Part shown: in pieces, positions 62,980-64,000 of the stretch
Layout of the letters: each line of letters starts with the position of its first letter
How positions within the stretch are numbered: position 1 is the stretch's first letter
NCBI GenBank assembly: GCA_028718865.1
Contig: JAQUKX010000003.1
Location: 33,214-97,213 of the forward strand
Direction of reading: 5' to 3'
From: Patescibacteria group bacterium
GTDB lineage: Bacteria; Patescibacteriota; Patescibacteriia; UBA1558; GWA2-36-10
DNA: 64,000 nt
Notes under the pieces: model-generated
Told to the model about the DNA's origin: nothing
The model's input: the letters and a program-made list of their open reading frames with translations, nothing else
Database searches by the model: none
Translations under genes and position numbers: made by a program

Positions 62980-64000
62980 ATGCAAAAAATAAAGGCAATT
63001 ATACTGCCTATTATCATATATATTTTAATTTCCCCGCCTTTTAATGTCAGCGCTCAAGAAGTGCGAGATATTGTTTTTCCCATTGAAGAAGGCTGGGATT
63101 ATAATTTTACTGACACTTATGGAGCGCTGCGTTCTGGTGAGCGTACTCATTTGGGCATTGATCTAATGGTTGATCAGATGACGCCACTACTGGCAGCAGT
63201 AGATGGCCGAGTCAGTTATTTGGTAGAAAAAGATCAAGGCTGGGGTTTGGCAATCTATATAGAAGATGCCCAAGGTTATTCTTATCGTTATCTTCATATA
63301 AACAATGACACGCCAGGCACCAATGATAATAAAGAAATCAGAGCCTATGCTTTTCCCAGAGACATAGTTCGCGGCTCAGTTGTATCAGCTGGTCAAATTA
63401 TTGCTTTTGCCGGCAACAGTGGCAATGCCGAAGGCGTTGCTCATCATTTGCATTTTGAAATATGGACGCCTAGCAGACAATCCATCAATCCTTATCCTAG
63501 TTTGATGGCAGCGATTGGCCAGCCTATAACTCAGCCAAACGGAGAAATAGGAAATATAAATACTTATCAATTTACCAGAGATTTGAAATTGGGCAGTACT
63601 GGCGAGGATGTCAGAGAGCTACAAAAATATCTCAATCAAAGCGGTTTTATAGTTAGCAGTAGCGGTGCTGGCTCGTCTGGCAACGAAACAACTTATTTTG
63701 GGCCAGCTACTGAAGCTGCTTTGATCAAATTTCAGCAAGCTAAAGGTATTAGTCCGGCGGCTGGATATTTTGGGTCTATTACCCGTACTTTTGTAAATAG
63801 TAGACCAATAGAAACAATTGAAGAAATAGTTTCTCCAATTACTAATGACATTGTTAGGGCTGGTTGGTTGGTCAAAGACAAGCTGTCTCCGCGGGTTTAT
63901 TATGTGGCTCCTAATTTGGAATTGCAATGGATAGTTAGCGAAGAAGCGGCTGTGAGAAATTTTGGCTCAAATTGGTATTTAGAGATAAGAGAGTTTGATG
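62980..64000 (+). CDS. M23-family metallopeptidase with a peptidoglycan-binding domain; C-terminus beyond the window.
   Basis: Signal peptide; HxxxD/HxH-type motifs (ERTHLGIDLM ... AHHLHFEIW); PG_binding_1-like LKLGSTGEDVRELQKYLNQSGF. Absent from the track because no stop occurs before the window end. Confidence 0.7.
   Translation, partial: MQKIKAIILPIIIYILISPPFNVSAQEVRDIVFPIEEGWDYNFTDTYGALRSGERTHLGIDLMVDQMTPLLAAVDGRVSYLVEKDQGWGLAIYIEDAQGYSYRYLHINNDTPGTNDNKEIRAYAFPRDIVRGSVVSAGQIIAFAGNSGNAEGVAHHLHFEIWTPSRQSINPYPSLMAAIGQPITQPNGEIGNINTYQFTRDLKLGSTGEDVRELQKYLNQSGFIVSSSGAGSSGNETTYFGPATEAALIKFQQAKGISPAAGYFGSITRTFVNSRPIETIEEIVSPITNDIVRAGWLVKDKLSPRVYYVAPNLELQWIVSEEAAVRNFGSNWYLEIREFD

Overview
This is an AT-rich (~35% GC) bacterial chromosome segment that looks like a small-genome, CPR-like lineage using the standard genetic code. 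It starts in the replication-origin cluster (dnaA divergent from rpmH-rnpA-yidD-yidC). Housekeeping genes include trxA/trxB, gdh, rnhB, ssb, rpmF, a nusB-Nudix fusion, rnc, a short smc, rpsP-khpA-trmD, a 16S rRNA followed by four tRNAs, and rarA. The central ~24 kb (about 19.1-43.4 kb) reads as an integron-like gene-cassette array. It holds more than 25 compact, mostly minus-strand ORFs: Fic, GNAT, Nudix, SDR, HD, a YdeN-like hydrolase, a C5-MTase/REase pair and many hypotheticals. The ORFs are separated by one family of imperfect-palindromic attC-like sites whose two half-sites (here called L and R) strictly alternate. The array ends at a tyrosine recombinase whose C-terminus is IntI-like (43467-44366), next to csrA and tRNA-Leu/tRNA-Val. 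A complete diversity-generating retroelement (DGR) sits inside the array: a target gene with a C-terminal VR, a TR, an Avd-like gene, and an RT with the DGR-type LGxxxSQ motif. TR and VR differ at 16 positions, all of them TR adenines. A second target paralogue with its own VR lies about 18 kb away at 6134-6820, between clusters of modular hairpin repeats. Several GC-rich (about 50-60% GC) genes have consensus TTGACA/TATAAT promoters, strong Shine-Dalgarno (SD) sites and intrinsic terminators. They sit inverted inside the array and at other loci, which suggests foreign origin. Three GC-rich non-coding structured elements were found: one at 20.8 kb, a possible RNase P RNA at 50.6 kb, and one at 60.1 kb in the tRNA cluster.
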